DNA of 64,000 nucleotides. Source: the human T2T-CHM13v2.0 reference genome, Homo sapiens. Position 1 is the first letter of the stretch. Each line of letters opens with the position of its first letter. Location of the stretch: assembly GCF_009914755.1 (NCBI RefSeq), contig NC_060931.1, one strand, 5' to 3'. Positions 15,200 through 31,714 of this stretch are shown piece after piece. The position numbers were made by a program, and so were the translations under genes. The notes under the pieces were generated by a model. That model made no database searches and was not told the origin of the DNA. It saw only the letters and a program-made list of their open reading frames with translations.

Positions 15200-16130
15200 C
15201 AAACTTTCTCAAGTAAGTAGACAATTCTTTGTCTTGAGGCAGCAGGTATAGCAAAGAAGGTTCTCAGAACCACTGTGTTGGTTGTAATTTTCCTCATTAG
15301 TTTTTGTTGTTGTTCCCTCAGATGTGTGCATCCCCAAGTAAACAAAGTTCAAAGGGCCAGCAGAATCATTACAGATGCTATGTAACATCCATATGCATAA
15401 ATGTAATAGGCCTGAAACTATGATAACTAATTATGATGCTCACTTGCTCACTGATTTACTCCAAGTTCTCCCTAAACCCTATCCTGTAATAGAACGAAGA
15501 GTACCTCTATTTCACTGCAGTGACTTGGGGGAAGGACTATGGCTTGTTGGGAAGAGATCCCTTCCACACATACACTTGTATGTGCCACACTGTAAAGTTA
15601 GGTAATGTTCTGCATTCATTTAACAAAGTGTACATAAATCTGGCTGGAGCGAGTGGCCACACTGTGCAGAAATAGGTGAAGCCAATTACACCACACTCTC
15701 CTTAGAAGCCACCAAGTCCAGAACAGGAGCTCACAGCTACCACTGACACTTTCCTTGCAAGATGGGGCCTAGAGAGTTCTGAGAAGCATCATTTTATGGT
15801 TCATTACATTCTTTGATTTTTAGGGCCTAAATAATTATTCATAAAAGATACAGTCAAACAATCTATAAGCCTAATTCTTCATTAAAAAAATGTTTTTAGA
15901 CATAGTAACCTCCTGATTCCTGGAGAAATCTAGCTCACTGTCTGAGGCCATGTGTTTACCAAGGTAAGACAGCAGAGTCAGCACCCAGGATTCGTAGTTA
16001 GCTTTCTCCTCTCACCACAACATGCAGTAGTTCTGAATGTGGTTTCTCTTATCAACATAAACAATTTGACCAGTAATTGCATGTCAGGAAACACCCACAT
16101 GCACCCACCCCACCATAGAGCAAAATATAG
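15200..16130 (-). pseudogene. Decayed multi-EGF-repeat exon block
   Basis: Minus translation: TGQ/C, QNYCM, PSCKESV, GFTYFCT, LLNECRTLP, GTYKCMCG (15566-15586), HCSEIE, GVNQ*AS. Confidence 0.7.
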
Positions 16131-16138
16131 CAGACACA

Positions 16139-16473
16139 CAGTCATATGTTGCTTAACAACCAGGATCCATTCTGAGAAATGCACTGTAAGGTGATTTCAT
16201 CACTGAGCATACATCATAGAGTGTACTTACAAATCTAGATGGTAAAGCCTGCTACACACCTAGGCTATATGGTATAGCCTAATTCTCCTAGGCTGTAAAC
16301 CAGTGCAACATGTTACTGTAATGAATAGAGTAGATAATTATAACATAATTGTAAGTATTTATGTATCTAAACATAGAAAAGTATAGTAAAAATACAATAT
16401 AATAATGTTACGGGATCACTGCTCAATATGTGGTCCATTGTTGACGAAAATATCATTAGGTAGTGAATGGCTA
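16139..16473. mobile_element. Tigger3a (GOLEM-type) MITE
   Basis: CAGTCAT..GCTTAAC..TTCTGAGAAATGC..CATCATAGAGTGTACTTAC..CTAGATGG; the other end resembles the inverted terminus. Confidence 0.85.
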
Positions 16474-16751
16474 TGTGTGTGTCTATATACATATATGCAC
16501 ATGCTTATATATATACACGCACTACTATACATACATACACATATATGCATATATATGTTTATCTACAGACAATGTAAATATATGTATGCATATAAACATT
16601 TATGCATATAGGTATAGTAAAAGATCAGTATATCCAGTTGTGCAAATTTGATGTTTCTTGTTATTTCTAGATTATGATAAACAGACTATTTTTTAGGTGA
16701 CCTAGGGTAATGTCTTTAAATCCTTCCTCTACACATAATGTTCAGTACAGA

Positions 16752-17110
16752 TGTATTAGTGTGTTTTCATGCTGCCAATAAACACATACCTGAGACTGGG
16801 CAATATACAAAAGAAGGTGGTTTAACAGACTCACTGTTCCACATGGCTGGGGAAGTCTCACAATCATGGTAGGAGGTGAAAGGCACATCTCACGTGGCAG
16901 CAGACAAGAGAAGAGAGCTTGTGCAGGGAAACTACCCTTTTTGAAACAATCAGATCTTGTGAGACTTATTCACTATCATGAGAATAGCATGAGAAAGACC
17001 CGCCCCCATGATTCAATTACTTCTGACCAGGTCTCTCCCACAACACGTGGGAATTGTGGGAGCTACAATTTGAGATGAGATTTGAGTAGGACCACAGCCA
17101 AACCATATCA
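16752..17110 (-). mobile_element. THE1C-like solo LTR (MaLR)
   Basis: TGTATTAG...CCAAACCATATCA; perfect 5-bp TSD ACAGA at 16747-16751 and 17111-17115. Confidence 0.93.
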
Positions 17111-17149
17111 ACAGAATTACTTGCTAATACAGTATGACTTCAGCTTTAC

Positions 17150-17310
17150 CTTTTTATAATCTTGACTAAAATTATTAATTTGACAAGATATTTACAAATG
17201 CCACAGGGAATTTTTGAAGGACATTATATAGACACATATTTAGTGTCTTCTGATGCTTCACTTTTCACAAACATGTAATCTTTTTGCAGACATAGCTAAA
17301 GTGTAATTTT
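17150..17310 (-). pseudogene. Decayed EGF-repeat exon fragment
   Basis: Minus translation: HFSYVCKK...QKTLNMCLYN, then GICKYLV (17182-17202). Confidence 0.55.
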
Positions 17311-17519
17311 ACAATTATTTGCTAGAATTATGTAGCCATTGAAGTAGTGTGTCTTGTTAAATATCTTATGTTTTAAAAAAGTGAAAGCAAGTTTATTAAG
17401 AAAGCAAAGTAATAAAAGAATGCTCCATAGGCAGAGCAGTCACTAGATATCTTGATACGTATTATCACATTTTTCATCATAGGATACAATTTAGTATTTC
17501 AGGAAAAAGATGTTGGAAA

Positions 17520-18923
<1,404 letters not shown>

Positions 18924-18929
18924 TTACTG

Positions 18930-20800
18930 TTGGAGGATGAAATAAGGTAGTGAAGTTGTTAATTATCAAGCTTCTACTCTGGACCTAGTACCATTTTCAG
19001 TACCATAAATGTAAAACCAACTTCCTAATTCCTCAGTAAATATATTACAGTTGAAAATAAAAATTTCATGTGAAATAAGTAGGATAAGTAGAAGTTAATG
19101 TATACTAAAAAGAAAATGTCAAGGAATGTTTTTAAAGGATTAGTACTTTAGTAAGAAATAAGAATTTACATGAAATGAATCTACTTGAATCTGATTGTTT
19201 CAAGCTGTAAATGAGAATATATTTCTAATGATTTTAGCTATAGTTTCTTTAATGTCTCCTGATATACAAGCAATTAAACCACAAAAAAGTAAATCTCTAT
19301 GGCCTTATTCTTACAATAATATTCCTATTGTTTGCTATCATTTTGACAATAAAAAGATATTTAATTGTGTAATTGGAAATACGACTTAAAACACTAGTAT
19401 TCTTGGGAGAGGAAACACAGTTACATGTTTAAGCTAGAGCAAAAATGACTGGAAATTGATTATTTCTTGAGGCCAGATTTTGATGCCTGGAAGGCTCTAG
19501 TTGGAAGCAGTGGGGATAGAAGATGAGGCGGGGAACTAAAAGCTGAATTACTTTCTTTTCATTATATTGGTTATGTCCAGCCTAAAAAAAGTCATAACTT
19601 GGCATGCAGTTTTTCTCTCACAGCATCTTGGAGTTCACTGGAGGATGATAGTAAATATTAAGCAATAGGCACATATGTGTGGAGAAAAATGATAACTCTG
19701 GGCTCGTTGTCCTTGCCAAGTATACCAGCATTGCCAAGTTCCCAAGGACTAATTTCCACTTGTAGGAATTACACCTGGTAGCTAAATGTTACCTAGGTGG
19801 CTGTTGCATATTTAGACCAAGTTTCAGCAAAATTAATTATTAGCATACAGAAAGAAGAGTGGTTACAAAGTATTTCTTTGTGAGCTGAGTAGCTCTGCAT
19901 GGGAAACATATCTTAGAAGATGATATTAAAATACATAGTAAAACTCACAATGAATTTTGAGAGGGGAAGAAAAAAATACCTGTTACAGCAAATTCTTGAC
20001 ACGTGAATTTTCCATCATTTTTTCCCCAGTACTTTCTGTGTTTTCAGTAGAACATGGTATTTCTCTTGTGATGGACTAAATTAGTGGAATTCAAGGAAAT
20101 AGTAAAATAAAGGCATTTTATATTGAACCATCAGTGCATACATAATGTGTCAGCAATTAGAATACCCAAACAAGGTTCTAGTCTTAAAAGTTCATGTGTT
20201 CTACTGATGAATCAGGAAAATTCATTAACAGTGAAAATACAGTGAAACTCTAGGTAGACACTTCCGCTAACTCTGCTTACATGTTTGAGGATTTTTTTCT
20301 TTCTTTTGTCCAATGGGGAAATGTCTAATGATTTATTGTGCCACTGCAACTGAAATTATTTTGTTTTCTCCTTAGAAAAAAAATATCATTGGTTACCTCC
20401 TCAGTTCAGCGAAAAACGTATTTTACTCCCCTCTTCTAGTCCGCATAAACCTAATACCTTTAAAGTTTCCTTATAAATTTTCCAATATTTAAAATGTTTC
20501 CTTCTTTTTTCTCTATTTTTCTGAATCCTCTTTATTCTTCTGCTTGATCCTTTTTAAAAAGGACATGAAATGAATCATAAAATGGTATTTATGAGGCAAT
20601 CAATCATGGCCAGAAATTTGCAAAAACATGTAACTACAGGTGTGCTCCTTCTAGGTTAGCAGCTGCAGAATTTATAATCATGTGGCAACATTTGGTTTAT
20701 CTGTTGCAAAATTAATACATATGAAGAAAGGAAATGTGTTTCCATATGTAGTGAATCTTTTGATGTAAATGCCAATATAATCAAAGGAAGAGACAGAGCA
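18930..20800 (-). pseudogene. Long decayed multi-EGF-repeat exon block
   Basis: Minus translation: YKFCSC, NFKGI, NNFSCSG, TCKQS*RKCLPRVSLYFHC** (20222-20281), FISRTHELLRLEPCL, YVCTDG, EIPCST, NDGKFTCQE, IHCEF, LCNHSSFC, TRCN, EISPWELGN, INNFT. Confidence 0.65.
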
Positions 20801-20862
20801 ACCTAGAGAACTATCCCAGGAAGTGTATTTTTAGCATTAACTTCTCCCTATTTTTTACTTAC

Positions 20863-20965
20863 CAGGTTGGACCTGTGTCATTGGGACATATTTTAGTTCT
20901 GACACCATGTATTTCCTGAGTTATGAGCTTATGTACTATGATTATCAAAGTTATTTCTTTCCCTT
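20863..20965 (-). pseudogene. Decayed single EGF exon
   Basis: FDNHST*AHNSGNTWCQ, then ICPNDTGPT(C) ending at the donor TG|GTAAGT (20857-20862). Confidence 0.55.
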
Positions 20966-21339
20966 ATTGAAAAATGATAAGCAATATTAAATTATTGTAT
21001 GGCTTTTTGGCACAGATTTTCATTCAACTTAAACAATGGGAGACCATTTTTATCCCCAAAGTCCAATTATCGCTCGATAAATTTAATATATTTTTTTCTT
21101 ACTACAAATTTCAACATTTTGTAGTATAGAAGTAAAAGTGGGCTTGAGAAATGTATTCAGAAACAATATTCCATAAACATAATTGTTTAAAATTCTGTGA
21201 TAAAAACATAATTTAGGTCTTTCTTTTGGTCATAAGTTATAGAGATTTGATCGTAAACATACACATATATGTTCTTGTATGTATTATATGTGTACATGTG
21301 TGTGTGAATGTGTGATGCATCACCAATTTTTCAAGGAAT

Positions 21340-22800
<1,461 letters not shown>

Positions 22801-23729
22801 ATAAATCAAATTGTTATTTTTATTATATTAATTTTAATATTTGTATGAGATCAAAAGAACTTTACTGTTGTCAGTTTAGCATTTTTCTCTTATAAAAATA
22901 GATTTTGCAAAGGCCTTTGTAGGTAGATGGTAAAGCGTCTCAGTTGAAATCTCATTATTCTTTCATTAACTGTTGTTAATTTAAAAAGAAAAAGCAAACC
23001 AGTTTTTCACTTTAAACTACCCATTAGTAATTTTGAAGCCAATTTGTTTGCATCTATTACAATATCTCAAAATCTCTTTAAAAATCTACCTATACTTGTA
23101 TCTAAATTACAGCTATACTTGTATCTATTTACCTCCTAACAAAATCTTCTTAAATAAATTTAATTGTTTTTTTCTAAATGATATTGGATGACTATATAAA
23201 TTTTTTAGTTTTCAAAGTTATAAACTAGATTCAGTATAAAAACAACAGCAAACTAAATCTTGGAACTAAAGTAATATTTTTTCTCAAATATTATGTATTA
23301 ATTGAATAATAGAATTATTATTACAATGACTGGCTATGATACACTAAGTATAAATTTAATTTTAAATTGTATTATTTAAAAAGTTACTGTTTGTGTAATA
23401 TTAGATTAGGATATAGATAGGCTATATTGGTTTCTAAGTTATTAAATTCTCTTGGATAATTTTATGCATAATTTTTTCTCAGATTTTTATTTTCTGAAAG
23501 TTTCTGCTAACTGAAATAGCCAAAGAAATGAAGAATAATTAACAATAAAATGGAGTGCATTAATTGCAAAGGTAAGGAATGTGGTATCCAAGAAAGCAGG
23601 AGATGAAATTATATGAAAGATGTAAAGCCTTTTCAAGTAAGTTTTGTTGCGGATTCATTCTTTCTCTCTCCTCATCATTGTCATCTATCCCATAATTCAT
23701 TCGATAGGTGAGGACTGCTTGTTTAGTTA

Positions 23730-24246
23730 CATATTAATGTTCTATTACTGCTATAAAACATTACCACTAATTTACTGGCATAAAACAACACAAATTTATT
23801 TTTTTACATTTCTGAAGTCAGAAGTTTGAAATCAGTTTTGCTGGAATAAAATCAAGTTTTCCACAAGCTGATGCTTCTGGAGTCTAAAGCAAGGAATCTG
23901 TATCCTTGAGTTTTTCAGCCTCTAGAGAACAGTAGCATTCCTTAGCTCATTACTCCTTCCTCCATCTCTGGAAAAAGCAGTGCAACATCTTCTATCTTCT
24001 CTTGTTCTGGTCCCTGCTTCCACTCTTAAATTCTCTCCTTCTGACTTTAATACTTCTCTTATAAATGCCCTTGTGATTATCTTTAACCTCAAAATACAAT
24101 CCAGGATAATCTTCCCATCTCAAGACCCTTTCCATAATCACACCTGCAAAGTCATTTTTATTTTTTTACCATGTAAGGTAAAATATTTACAGGTTCCAAG
24201 GATCGAGGTATGGATATTTTGGGGTGCCATTATTAAGCTTACCACA
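23730..24246 (-). mobile_element. MLT1 (C/D/E-like) MaLR solo LTR
   Basis: TATTACTGCTATAA..AAACAACACAAATTTATT ... CCATTATT..CTTACCACA termini. Confidence 0.8.
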
Positions 24247-24778
24247 GGTCACATAATGTGAACATTGTTGGTGATCTAGCAAAAAACTAGGATGGGACTT
24301 GATGAGACAAAGTGTCCGGTCTGAAGGCAGATTAAGGAAGAAGGAGAGGATAAGAATTGTAACCAATGGATATAGAAAACACTGTTTAGGAAGTTTGCTG
24401 AAAACCACGGGAGGAATAATTGAGTACTCACTGACAGAAGTGCCATTAATAACTTGTTTTACTCATTTAATATAAAATGTGAAAAAAATGACATATTTTG
24501 TTGATGGGCATAGGGTAATAGTAAAAATACTGATGTAAAAGGAAGAGAAAATAGTTTCTGGAAAGATTTCCTTGATTAAGCAAATGGGGATTAAAGCATG
24601 AATAAGAACATGAAAAGTATATTTATGGAAACAGGAAGGTAGAATGTAAGAGATAGATGACAGCTCATGGATAGATATGAGGTTGACAATTGAAAAGAGT
24701 CTTTTTTGCCCAATTCTCTCAGTGAAATAGGACCTGAGTGTTGTTGAATTATTATAGTTGCACGTGAAATGTTTAAGA

Positions 24779-25020
24779 CAGCAGTTCCCAAATTTTTGGC
24801 ACTAGGGACTGATTTCATGGAAGACAATTTTTCCATTGACAGGGTCAGTGGGATGGGTTGGGGATGAAACTGTTTCAACTCAGATCATCAAGCATTAGAT
24901 TCTCATAAGGAGCTGCACAACCTAGATCCCTCCTGTATGCAGCTCATAGTAGGATTTATGCTCCTATGAGAAGCTAATGCCCTTGCTGAACTGACAGGAG
25001 GCGGAGTTCAGGCAGTAATG
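24779..25020 (+). mobile_element. MER1B-like hAT-Charlie fragment (one end)
   Basis: CAGCAGTTCCCAA..TTTCATGGAAGACAATTTTTCC..GCATTAGATTCTCATAAGGAG..GACAGGAGGCGGAG. Confidence 0.85.
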
Positions 25021-25401
25021 TGAAATCTATTGATGCAATTTTGACTTCTGAAGAGGCTGTACATTACTCATGTGTGCATACTCCCTTTATCACCTGTGGT
25101 GGGATGTACTAATTAATGCTACTATATTAAATGATCTGGGAATCTAGTATCTTACGTTTTGGGTCTGTATTTCTAATGTGTAAGTTATAAGAGAAATGTA
25201 TGAAATAATGGAGTTAAAATGGTAGGAGCAAAAGCATCATGGCATAGTTGAAGTTATGTGGATTCTTGTTTCTGTCTTTGGAAAATCATCTAGTATAACA
25301 AAGCATCTATTTTGTCATTTTAAAAATAAGAATAATATCTACCACATTGAATTTCTGTGAGGGTTTATTGTGATAATCTGCTAACAGAACTATTACACAA
25401 C

Positions 25402-25754
25402 TGTATCAGTCCGTTTTCACACTGCTGATAAAGACATACAGGATACTGGGTAATTTATAAAGAAAAAGAGGTTTAATGGACTCACAGTTCCACGTGGCTG
25501 GGGAGGCCTCACAGTCATGGCAGTAGGCAAAAGTCACTCTTACATGGTGGCAGGCAGGAAATAATTGGTGCAGGGAAACTCCCCGTTATGAAACCATCAT
25601 ATGTCATGAGATGTTCACTATCACAAGAACAGAACAAGAAAGACCTGCCCCCATGATTCAATCACCTCCCACCTGGCCCCTCTCACAGCAGCTGGGAATT
25701 GTGGGAACTACAATTCAAGATGAGATTGGGTGGAGACACAGCCAAATCATATCA
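25402..25754 (-). mobile_element. THE1C-like solo LTR inserted into a MIR
   Basis: TGTATCAGTCCG...CATATCA; TSD ACAAC at 25397-25401 and 25755-25759. Confidence 0.92.
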
Positions 25755-26049
25755 ACAACCATGCACAAAAATAAATATAAATAAAAACTATACTCATTTA
25801 ATATCTGGTCCTTGTTACTATTGTAGTAAATAAGTTTATTTTTTTATTACTCCTCTGGTGGTGGAAAATAATAGGTTGGGAATACATGCTGCACTAATTT
25901 CATATGTATTTTGAGATCAAATATATATAGTTATATAGAGATTATATAAATTTATGTATAATATACACATATGCACGTGTACGTGCATGCACACATACAC
26001 ACACACACACACGTTCTCTTTCCTAGACTAAGGATTGCAGTTATATAAC

Positions 26050-27040
26050 TTCATGTAGATCTTCAATCAAATTTGAATTTGAAATATTTTGCCCACATAC
26101 ATTGGGAAGTTGCTTTGGACATCTTAAAACCTTTACTGATGATCTAATCATCTGATCAATCCCAGCTATGATAGTAGTTTTGGTTTTATTTTGCAGCCCA
26201 ACTTCAAATCACTAATTAACATAATTAATATGTGCATTTAAAAATATTGAATTAAAATTTTAAAAAAATCTCTTTTTGTGTAAACAAAAGAAAACTGGTA
26301 TCGGGATAATTGTATAATTACTTGTATGATAAAAGATATAATAAATATCATACAAATAATATATCTAATCAGTATAAAGTATTTATTTACAGTAAGTGTA
26401 AAAATATCAGCAGAATATTACCAGTTGTGATGGTAGCAATAAAATATGATAAACCACATGACTTTTGCCTTCTTTCTTATGAATAACTTATAAAGAAATC
26501 TAACTTATACTTGTTAGAAGTGCATGAAAGTAAATGTCTGTATATGTCTGTACATATATACATATATATTGAAACCATATATGCACATGGATAAGAAAAG
26601 AATAGCATCTTTGGAATAAAAAAGATCCATAGCTATAAACATTTATGAAATGGGCTGCACATTAGACACTCAAAGGGAAACTCATGAACCATTATCTTTG
26701 AGATTCTAGTACATAGTCAGTTTCATGAAACTTTGTAGCCAGTTACTGAAATACTTTTGTTATAATTTAATCATATTCACTTTATAAAAATGCAAAGGGA
26801 GTTTGTGGGACTCTACTGAATAATAGTTTGTTTCAATTGAAATCTAAACTTATTTATGTGCAAAATAACAAATAGTTCCTCCCTAAAAATACACAGTGTA
26901 TATAGCCTCCATAGCACAGCATGAGCCAAATAGATTTATATTTACAGGTTTATCCCAGAATATTTCAAATGAAGGGGAAACTTCAGGGCAGCATGAACAC
27001 TATGTGAATCAGGTATACATGGTACTCCATGTAGTAAAAA
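26050..27040 (-). pseudogene. Decayed multi-EGF-repeat exon block
   Basis: Minus translation: LHGVPCIPD, KYSGIN, LCYGGYIHCVFLGRNYLLFC (26860-26919), FECLMC, SCTSN, PMYVGKIFQIQI. Confidence 0.6.
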
Positions 27041-27994
27041 TTAAAAAAAGCTAGTGAACAATAATATTAATAAGATTTATCAAATTATTCATTTTTAACA
27101 CAGAGCAGCTAAATGTCATTGTTTTGGGAATACATTTTTATCAAGCAATTACATATTTTTGAATTTTTTAACATTTTATAAACATTTTGACCAAAGACAC
27201 TTAGGTTCTATCAACAAAGAAATATTCAGATTGTTTTTCCCCTAACAAACATGAAAACATGTGAGTGAATAAACTATTACTATTTTATGTCTACTACTTC
27301 TTCGATGTTTTAATTAAAATCAATGGTCCATTTTCTACTAAGATGAAAAATAGAACTGAATCATCATGGAATTTAATTAAATATTTACAAAAGCTTATCT
27401 ATGTGTATAATTTTGTTTTATAAGAAAATATTCTAGACAAATATTTTTACTTAAATCATCTTCAATTAAATGGTGTTGTTATAAAGAAGTAATTTACTTA
27501 AAAATAGTTTACTGCTGTTGTTTCTAAGGGGATATAGAAATTATTCCTTCTGGAAAGTTTGGGTTTATTTTGAGAGCAATATGAAGACACACCATTAAAA
27601 AAATCATAGAGAAGCATAGACTGAATTTTCAAAAGCATGACAAAGTGTGTAGGCTAGGTGAGAAATGGGAAGCATAAATCACAATTACAAAACAATAGAC
27701 TAAACAGATAGAAGTCTTAGGGGCTGATGGAACACGAGGTAGAAAGGGAAGTTTTTGGTTTTGTTTGATTTTATGCCAAGGAAAAAATTCAGAAGGAGTT
27801 TTTTTTCATGTAAAAATCCCATGAGAGAATACAACCAAAAGTACCTAATACTGTGTTCAATTGGGTTAGTGGCTAGGAAACCAAATCAGGAAGTTATTTG
27901 AAGCTGCATAGCACAGCCAGACTCAGAGCATATGCTCCAAAGGAAGGCTGCTGCTTGCATAGGCAGGGTCTGCCTGGGATACATCGATCTATGC

Positions 27995-28118
27995 CCCAAT
28001 TAGTAAAATGGAAATAATAATGTTAATTGATCATTGGGTTCTTTGAGGATTAAATAAGCTAACGCTATTAAACACTTAGAACAGTACATGGCAGATTGAA
28101 AACTCTCCACAAACGTTA
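27995..28118 (+). mobile_element. MIR fragment
   Basis: GTAAAATGGAAATAATAAT..TGAGGATTAAAT..AAACACTTAGAACAGT. Confidence 0.75.
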
Positions 28119-28119
28119 C

Positions 28120-28545
28120 CTTTTCAATCCACAGCACATTGCTTTCTTGACGAATCTGCTGTCAAGCAGAGAAATCTTGGGGTGTAGTAGGGGTGTTACT
28201 GAGTGCAAAGTCTACACACACAAAGTTCTAGGGATATAGAGCTCAAATTAAAGAAACCATAAAAAATGGCTGTGCCAAGGGTGATAGATGGGCATGTGGC
28301 ATTTGTAGAGCATATTGGCATACATTTCTTCAGGAATACTCTTGGTAAAAACTTGTTATTTCAAAGCAAAATTTTAACCATTGCAAATAGATATTGAGAG
28401 GACCCCAAATGAAGGAATAAGTACTCTGATCCGAATCAGTAACAAGTAGGCAGAAATGATTTGACAAACATGGGTACATAATAAAATATCAGGAGAAATT
28501 TGAGAGTGAAAGGACGAGAGCAAAAAATAGAACAGATAGACACCT
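28120..28545 (-). pseudogene. Decayed multi-EGF-repeat exon block
   Basis: YPCLSNHFCL (28447-28473)...STYSFIWG (YxCxC with mutated Cys codons); KCMPICSTNATC (28292-28324); CVDF. Confidence 0.65.
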
Positions 28546-28797
28546 GCATATACACAGGTATAAATCACATTTGTGTATATGTGTGTGTACATACACATAC
28601 ACATATACTACAATATATTTCCATATAAATAGCTCATAACCTGTTACTGTATTTTTTAAAGTAGTAATTTAGTTAATCACGTAGGTGGTTCTTAACCCAT
28701 AGAAGTGATATGATATTTTTGACTAAACTTTCTGCTGCCAGCATACAATAAATAACATAGGCAAATCTAATTAATTAATGCCGTTTATGGACTAAAG

Positions 28798-29114
28798 CTT
28801 TGTTTGTCTGTTTTGGTTTAGAAACAAGGTCTCACTCTGTTACTTAGGCTGGAGTACAGTGGTGTGGTCATAGCTCACTGCATCCTGGAGCTCCTGGGTT
28901 CAAGGGATTCTTCCACCTCAGCCTCCCAAGTAACTAGGGTTACAGGTGCTCACCAACATGCCTAGCTAATATTCTTAATTTTTAGTTTGTTTGTTTTGGT
29001 AAAGATGAGGTGTTGCTGTATTGCTCAGGCTGGTCTCTAACTCGGCTCAAGTGACCCTCCTACCATGGCCTCCCAGACTGTTGAGATTACAGGTGTGAGT
29101 CACTGCACTCAGAC
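28798..29114 (-). mobile_element. AluJ-like SINE
   Basis: Dimer with AluJ-type CATAGCTCACTGCA. Confidence 0.9.
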
Positions 29115-29399
29115 TATTTTTATGAAATAAAGTTTAAAGGGTAATATATATCCTACACATTAATACATACCAACAATCAGGTTATTGTAGAAAATAAATC
29201 ATAAGTACAATAATCAGGAAATTATCTAATAAATCATATTTTAATACAATTGTATTACAAGTATAAATATTTATAGGAAGCATAGAAAAAACCTATTACT
29301 AATAAACTACATTGGTCACACTGATAAATAGGAAATGTTCATTAATGTTGTCTTCTGTGGTAAGTATCTGCTAAATTTCAATTATTTGTGTGATAGATG

Positions 29400-29987
29400 A
29401 ATTAATATTAGAGTTTGGGGCAAAAATACTAAAATTCCCAGATTTTGACAATCTGAGATTATTACTTTTCAAATATATTAAGAACAGAAACATATCAAGG
29501 ACATTTTTCAGAAGGTCAGACTCTAGCCTTAGCTTTTCAGAATATATTAATTGTAAAACATCACTAATGGATTCCCTGGTTGACTGAGCAACTGCTGGAT
29601 ATACTATTGGACAGATGTCTTAGTCCCTGAGAGTTGTATCTGTATCATGTAAACTTACAATGAGTAACATCCATTTTCTGAACTTCTATACCCATAGGTA
29701 ATTAAATGCCTTCCTTGCTCCCAGTCTGTTTCCTAATCTAAGAGGCAAACTACCTGGCCAAACATGCAATAGCACCTAAACCGTCTTCTACCTTATCATT
29801 ATTCAAAAGACCCCCATGGTTTTTGCACAAAACACTGCATCCTATTTCTTTCCTTTACATCTGCTCACCATTCAGTTCCCTGAGTCTTAGTCATTGTACA
29901 TGTTTCACCTTAGGATGTATAAATTAGACCTTTTTAGAGTACAGTAATATAAAGGCATCAAAACAAATGAAGGCTAAGAGGTAAAAA

Positions 29988-30018
<31 letters not shown>

Positions 30019-30654
30019 GGTATTTTGGAGATAATGTTGGGTTTCTTACAGTGAGTCTGGGGTTCTAAAATATCCAGTGTATGAGAACGTAAGAAATTGG
30101 GAGAACATATAAAAAAACATAAACTCACAGAATTCTCCTATTTTTTCCTTCTGTACTTATTATTATATATTTTATACAGTATCTTTACAACAGCAATCCC
30201 TTCACATGTCTAATAGGAGTTCGTGTACTTAAGGTCGGCTTGCCCTTTCTCTTCACAAAAGAACTCTTCTAAGAGAGAGGAAAAATGCCTTCTCCCAGTC
30301 ATCTTCTGACCTTCTAAAGGCTTCGTCTTGGACTAACATAACTGAACAGGCCTTCCAAGATTTCTCTTACCTCCTTTCAATAGGTACCATATTAGAATTG
30401 CTTAATGCAGAATGTTTTATAATGTGACCTAATTGTCAGAATACTTGTTTGAATTCATAAATACTTTTTATACCACAATAATAAGAGAAAAGTTCTATTT
30501 GTAAGGATATTGTGAATAAAGGAGTGATTTTAACAATTCCATCCACCCATCTCCAACCCAATATCCCACAGTAGGGTGTTTTTACTGAGCTGACATCCTT
30601 GGAATGCATAGGTGCTAAGGCAAGAGTTTTCCTCAACATTAGTTGATTATGGCC
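29400..30654 (-). pseudogene. Decayed multi-EGF-repeat exon block(s), interrupted by (TG)n
   Basis: NVEENSCLS (30614-30640), GWNC*, donor GAG|GTAAGA at 30365-30370, FFCEE, TCEG..CKD, GCSVLCKNHGG (29810-29830), RFRCYCMFG (29766-29780). Confidence 0.7.
29988..30015. repeat. (GT)n microsatellite
   Basis: Direct reading. Confidence 0.95.
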
Positions 30655-31464
30655 CTATATTTCCTTTGTTTTCCTATATAATACTTACAGAACTGTAAGG
30701 TATATGAAAAATTCCATGTTTAATTGCATACAACTCAGTTGATTTTCAGAAATGGAATGCACTCATGTAACTAGTAACTGGATCAAGGAATAGAAACTTA
30801 GCACACAGAAGCTCACCTTTCCATCCATTTTTTTTACTTGATATAAAAAAATACTAACATAATGTACTGTTTTGCGTTTGGCTTTTTTCATTTAACATTG
30901 TATCATAAGATTTAGCCACATAACTATGTGTAATTATAGATCATTTATTCTCCTTGCTACACAGTATTTCTTCGTGTGAATATAGCACAACACATTTATC
31001 ATTCTTCTGTTGATGGACACTTGGGTATTTACAGTTTGAATCCATTAAAAATAATTTTGCTTTAAACATTATAGTATATATCTTTTTCAAGAGACTTTAT
31101 TTTTTAGAGCATAGTATGCATCTTTAGGAAACTATATGAACACATTTACTGGGGGTGTATCCTATGGAATTGCTGGACCAGAGGATTTGCAAATGCTTAC
31201 TTTTAGCGGATATCATTGAAACGTTTTCTAAAGCATTTGCAGTTCCAATTTCGTCACAAATTCAAAATTTGATGTAATTGTTTTTGTTTCATTTCAGCCA
31301 TTTTGGTGGGTAGAAAGTGATTTTGCATTGTTGTTTTGCATTTCTTTTAATAATATCTATTTAACTTGGGAATATTTTCAAATATTTATTGATTATTTGC
31401 ATATTCTCATCAACGGAGTGCAAGCTCAAATTTTTACCATTTTTACTGGGTTGTTCTATTTTTT

Positions 31465-31467
<3 letters not shown>

Positions 31468-31519
<52 letters not shown>
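31468..31519. repeat. Pure (TA)26 microsatellite
   Basis: 52 uninterrupted nt read directly. Confidence 0.97.
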
Positions 31520-31520
<1 letters not shown>

Positions 31521-31714
31521 CAAAACCTCACTTAGTATCACCCATAACTTCTTTGAAACTATACATTTAAGAAAACTGATTTTTCTTTTAAAAACGTTTT
31601 ATTTCTCATCAGTATTATAATAAAATTACTGTTTTAGAGGGTCTGCTAGACTTTATTTCACTTAAAGTTACAGTTTCTAAGGACCTATCTACAATGTTAA
31701 GGGAAGACTTGCAG
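31518..31714. mobile_element. MER6B/C-like Tigger MITE
   Basis: Long imperfect terminal inverted repeats (CCTCACTTA..TTCTTTGAAACT..TTTAAG versus CTTAAAGTTACAGTTTCTAAGGACCTATC..GTTAAG..GACTT); TA at 31715-31716. Confidence 0.75.
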
